Of a stretch of 64,000 nt of DNA, positions 61,633 to 64,000 are shown piece by piece. The notes under the pieces are model-generated. The model saw only the letters and a list, made by a program, of their open reading frames with translations, was not told the origin of the DNA and did no database searches. The position numbers were made by a program, and so were the translations under genes. The stretch covers positions 17,939,754 to 18,003,753 of the forward strand of contig NC_081369.1 in NCBI RefSeq assembly GCF_030684315.1, written 5' to 3'. The stretch is from Stegostoma tigrinum (lineage: Eukaryota). The stretch's first letter is position 1. Each line of letters begins with the position of its first letter.

Positions 61633-62877
61633 AGTTCCTATATTCCTACATTCCTTTTTTCACTCATTCTGCTGATATGAATCCAGTTATCAATACTACT
61701 TTGGAAACAAAAATACATCTTGCAGGATCTTTTTTTCAATTTGTATCAGACTGAAATCAACTTTCACTGACTGTTATCATCCAAGGCTCTTGGGCTATGG
61801 GCTCATGCGCCACTCTGTCTATTCCCACAAGCAAGAGACAAGAGTTCTGCTCTTTAAATATAGAGTTCACATACAGCAGAATACTCACATCTGATAATAG
61901 TGAAAAGGTTACCTCATCCAACCCTCACCCACCCCCCACTTCCTCAACCCATCAGCAGAGAATGATGTGCTGCAGTAAACAATGAAAGATGTGCTGTTGG
62001 CTATGGAGATATAAACTAACTAAGCGATGGTCTAATAATGCATAATAAGGCAGGTTTGATTTACACTTTAATGTGTACAAATTGTTTCCTTCCATATGAA
62101 AGACAGATTTAAGTTTGTATCTTCAAGTCTTTAATCATTTATGTAACTTGCATTATGCTGAAATTGAGCTAAACAGGAAGCCATGTCTTAGCAGCAAACA
62201 ATGCTTCCCTTATCTAAACTAATTCTGCTAAGCACTTTTATGCTCCCACTGTTTCAATTAGTGCATTTGATTGAAAGGCTACTTTGTAAAAGAACACAGA
62301 TATTCTGAAGCTCTTACTCTGTTATCTGATCTCACACTAAATGTAATTTAGCTAATCATGTGACCAGAAATAAACAACGGTCATATGCACGTTGTCACTA
62401 AAAAGTTTCAGTATTGTCGTGTTGAGCAATGCATAAGAGCAATGTTGTGTTTTAGATAAACCATGTAAGAACATTAGAAAGCAGAAAAAACAGAGTACAC
62501 TGAGAAAAGGTGATTGGTTGACCAAGCCCATATCCTTAAATTGACTTATATTGTTATAAACTGTCCAAAATTAATAATTGTCAATTATTAAATAGTGTAC
62601 ACCGTTTAATGGGAAGCTGCTAGGGTATAATAAATTCCATTTAAAATATTACATTTTAATCAAAAGATATACATAAAACATTGCACGCCATCAAATTAAA
62701 TAATACTCAAACCAATATTCAAAAAAAAATCAAAAACATTCCTTCAAGCACAATAAAACATACAGCAATTTATTATAAAAGGGAAAGGAAATGATGAATG
62801 AGTCAAATGAAAGCAATGAATCTTTCTAAAATATTGGCACAAACATCAAAGTAATGAGGAAGAGGGTGATCATGAAA

Positions 62878-62952
62878 GGGTTCTGATGAAGCCCCACCAG
62901 ACTTGAAATGTTAATTCTGATTTCTTCCTATAGATGCTGCCAAACCTGCTGA
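62878..62952 (+). mobile_element. Penelope pLTR-end fragment with hammerhead-like motif
   Basis: GGGTT-CTGATGA-AGCCCCACCAGACTT-GAAA-TG-TT-AATTC followed by gatgctgccaaacctgctga. Confidence 0.6.
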
Positions 62953-63890
62953 CCAACATTTATTGCCCATCTCTAGTTGCCTTCGAGAAGGTGATGGTGA
63001 GCTGCCTCCTTAACCAGCTGCAGTCTGTGTGCTGTAGGTAGACTCAGAATGCCCTTAGGGGAATACGAGGAGTATGACCCAGCGACAGTGAAGGAACAGC
63101 GATATATTGCCAAGTCAAGGTGGTGTTATTTCCATGTATCTGCTGCCATTGTCCTTCTAGATGGAAGTGGTCTTTGGTGAATTTTTGCAGTGCATCTTGT
63201 AGATGGCAGCAGTGTATACTGAACGCCAGCGGTAGATTTAGTGGATGCTTGTGGATGTGGTGCCAGTCAAGTGGGCAGTTTATCCTGGATGGTGTCAGCT
63301 TCCTGAGAGTTGTTGGAACTGCACCCATCTATGCAAGTGGGGAGGATTCTGTCACAGTCCTGACTTGTGGCTTGTAGATTGTGGAAGAGGCTTTGGGAGT
63401 CAGGAGGTGAGTTAGTCATCATAGTATTCCTAGTCTCTGACCGGCTCTTGTAGCTGCTGTATTTACACGGCCAGTCTAATTGAGTTTCTGGTCAATGTTA
63501 GCCCCCGGCTGTTGATAGTAGAAGATTCAGTGATGGTAACAACATTGAATGATAAGGAGCAGTGGTTAGATTGTCTCTTATTGGAGACAGTCATTGCCTG
63601 GCATTTGTGTGGCGTGAATGTTAGTTGCCACTTGTCAACCCAAACCTAGATATTGTCCAGAGCTTGTTCATTTGGACATGGACTGTTTCAACATCTGAGG
63701 AGTCATGAATGGCACTGAACATTGTGCAATCATTGGCCAACAGCCCCACTTCTGACTTTATGATGGAAAGAATGTTATTGATGAAGTAGCTGAAAATGGT
63801 TGGGCCTATGACACTACCCTGAAGAATTGCTGCAGAGATGTCCCAGAGATGAGACGACTGACCTCCAGTGACCACAACCATCACCCCCTG
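62953..63890 (-). mobile_element. CR1/L2-group LINE (second family) RT + 3' end
   Basis: LQGSVIGPTIFSYFINNILSIIKSEVGLLANDCTMF and the tail ggcaactagagatgggcaataaatgttgg. Confidence 0.85.
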
Positions 63891-64000
63891 ACTCCACCCA
63901 TTGGAGAGTTTGCCCCATGATATCCATTGATTCCAGTTTTGCTGGGGCTCCTTGAGACCACTTTGTATCATGAAAGGGTTGCCTGCCATTCTGCCAAAAA

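Overview
Eukaryotic, repeat-rich vertebrate DNA. The repeat set (HE1-type V-SINEs, SacSINE1-type DeuSINEs, CR1-group LINEs, Penelope-like elements) points to a cartilaginous fish, probably a shark (inference). The only host gene I can support is a neuritin-family gene, best matching NRN1L/CPG15-2, on the minus strand: coding exon 2 at 59101-58951 and the last coding exon at 45665-45386, joined by a 13.3-kb phase-2 GT-AG intron. Exon 1 was not found. The rest is layered transposon sequence: a nearly complete CR1 LINE (SGNH-esterase ORF1 plus endonuclease-RT ORF2), many CR1/L2-type fragments, SINEs, and decayed Gypsy and Harbinger remnants. The most striking part is a young Neptune-type Penelope-like (GIY-YIG) family. 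Its pseudo-LTR carries a minimal hammerhead-ribozyme-like motif (CUGAUGA-A-GGGUCUAGGCCC-GAAA-CG-UC). It has repeatedly inserted as fold-back, TSD-flanked units from about 140 bp to 2.2 kb, in which only one arm carries a ~33-nt 3' tail. No prokaryotic features, rRNA, true tRNA genes or CRISPR arrays are supported. All family assignments come from recalled motifs and no searches were run. Boundaries of old repeats are approximate.
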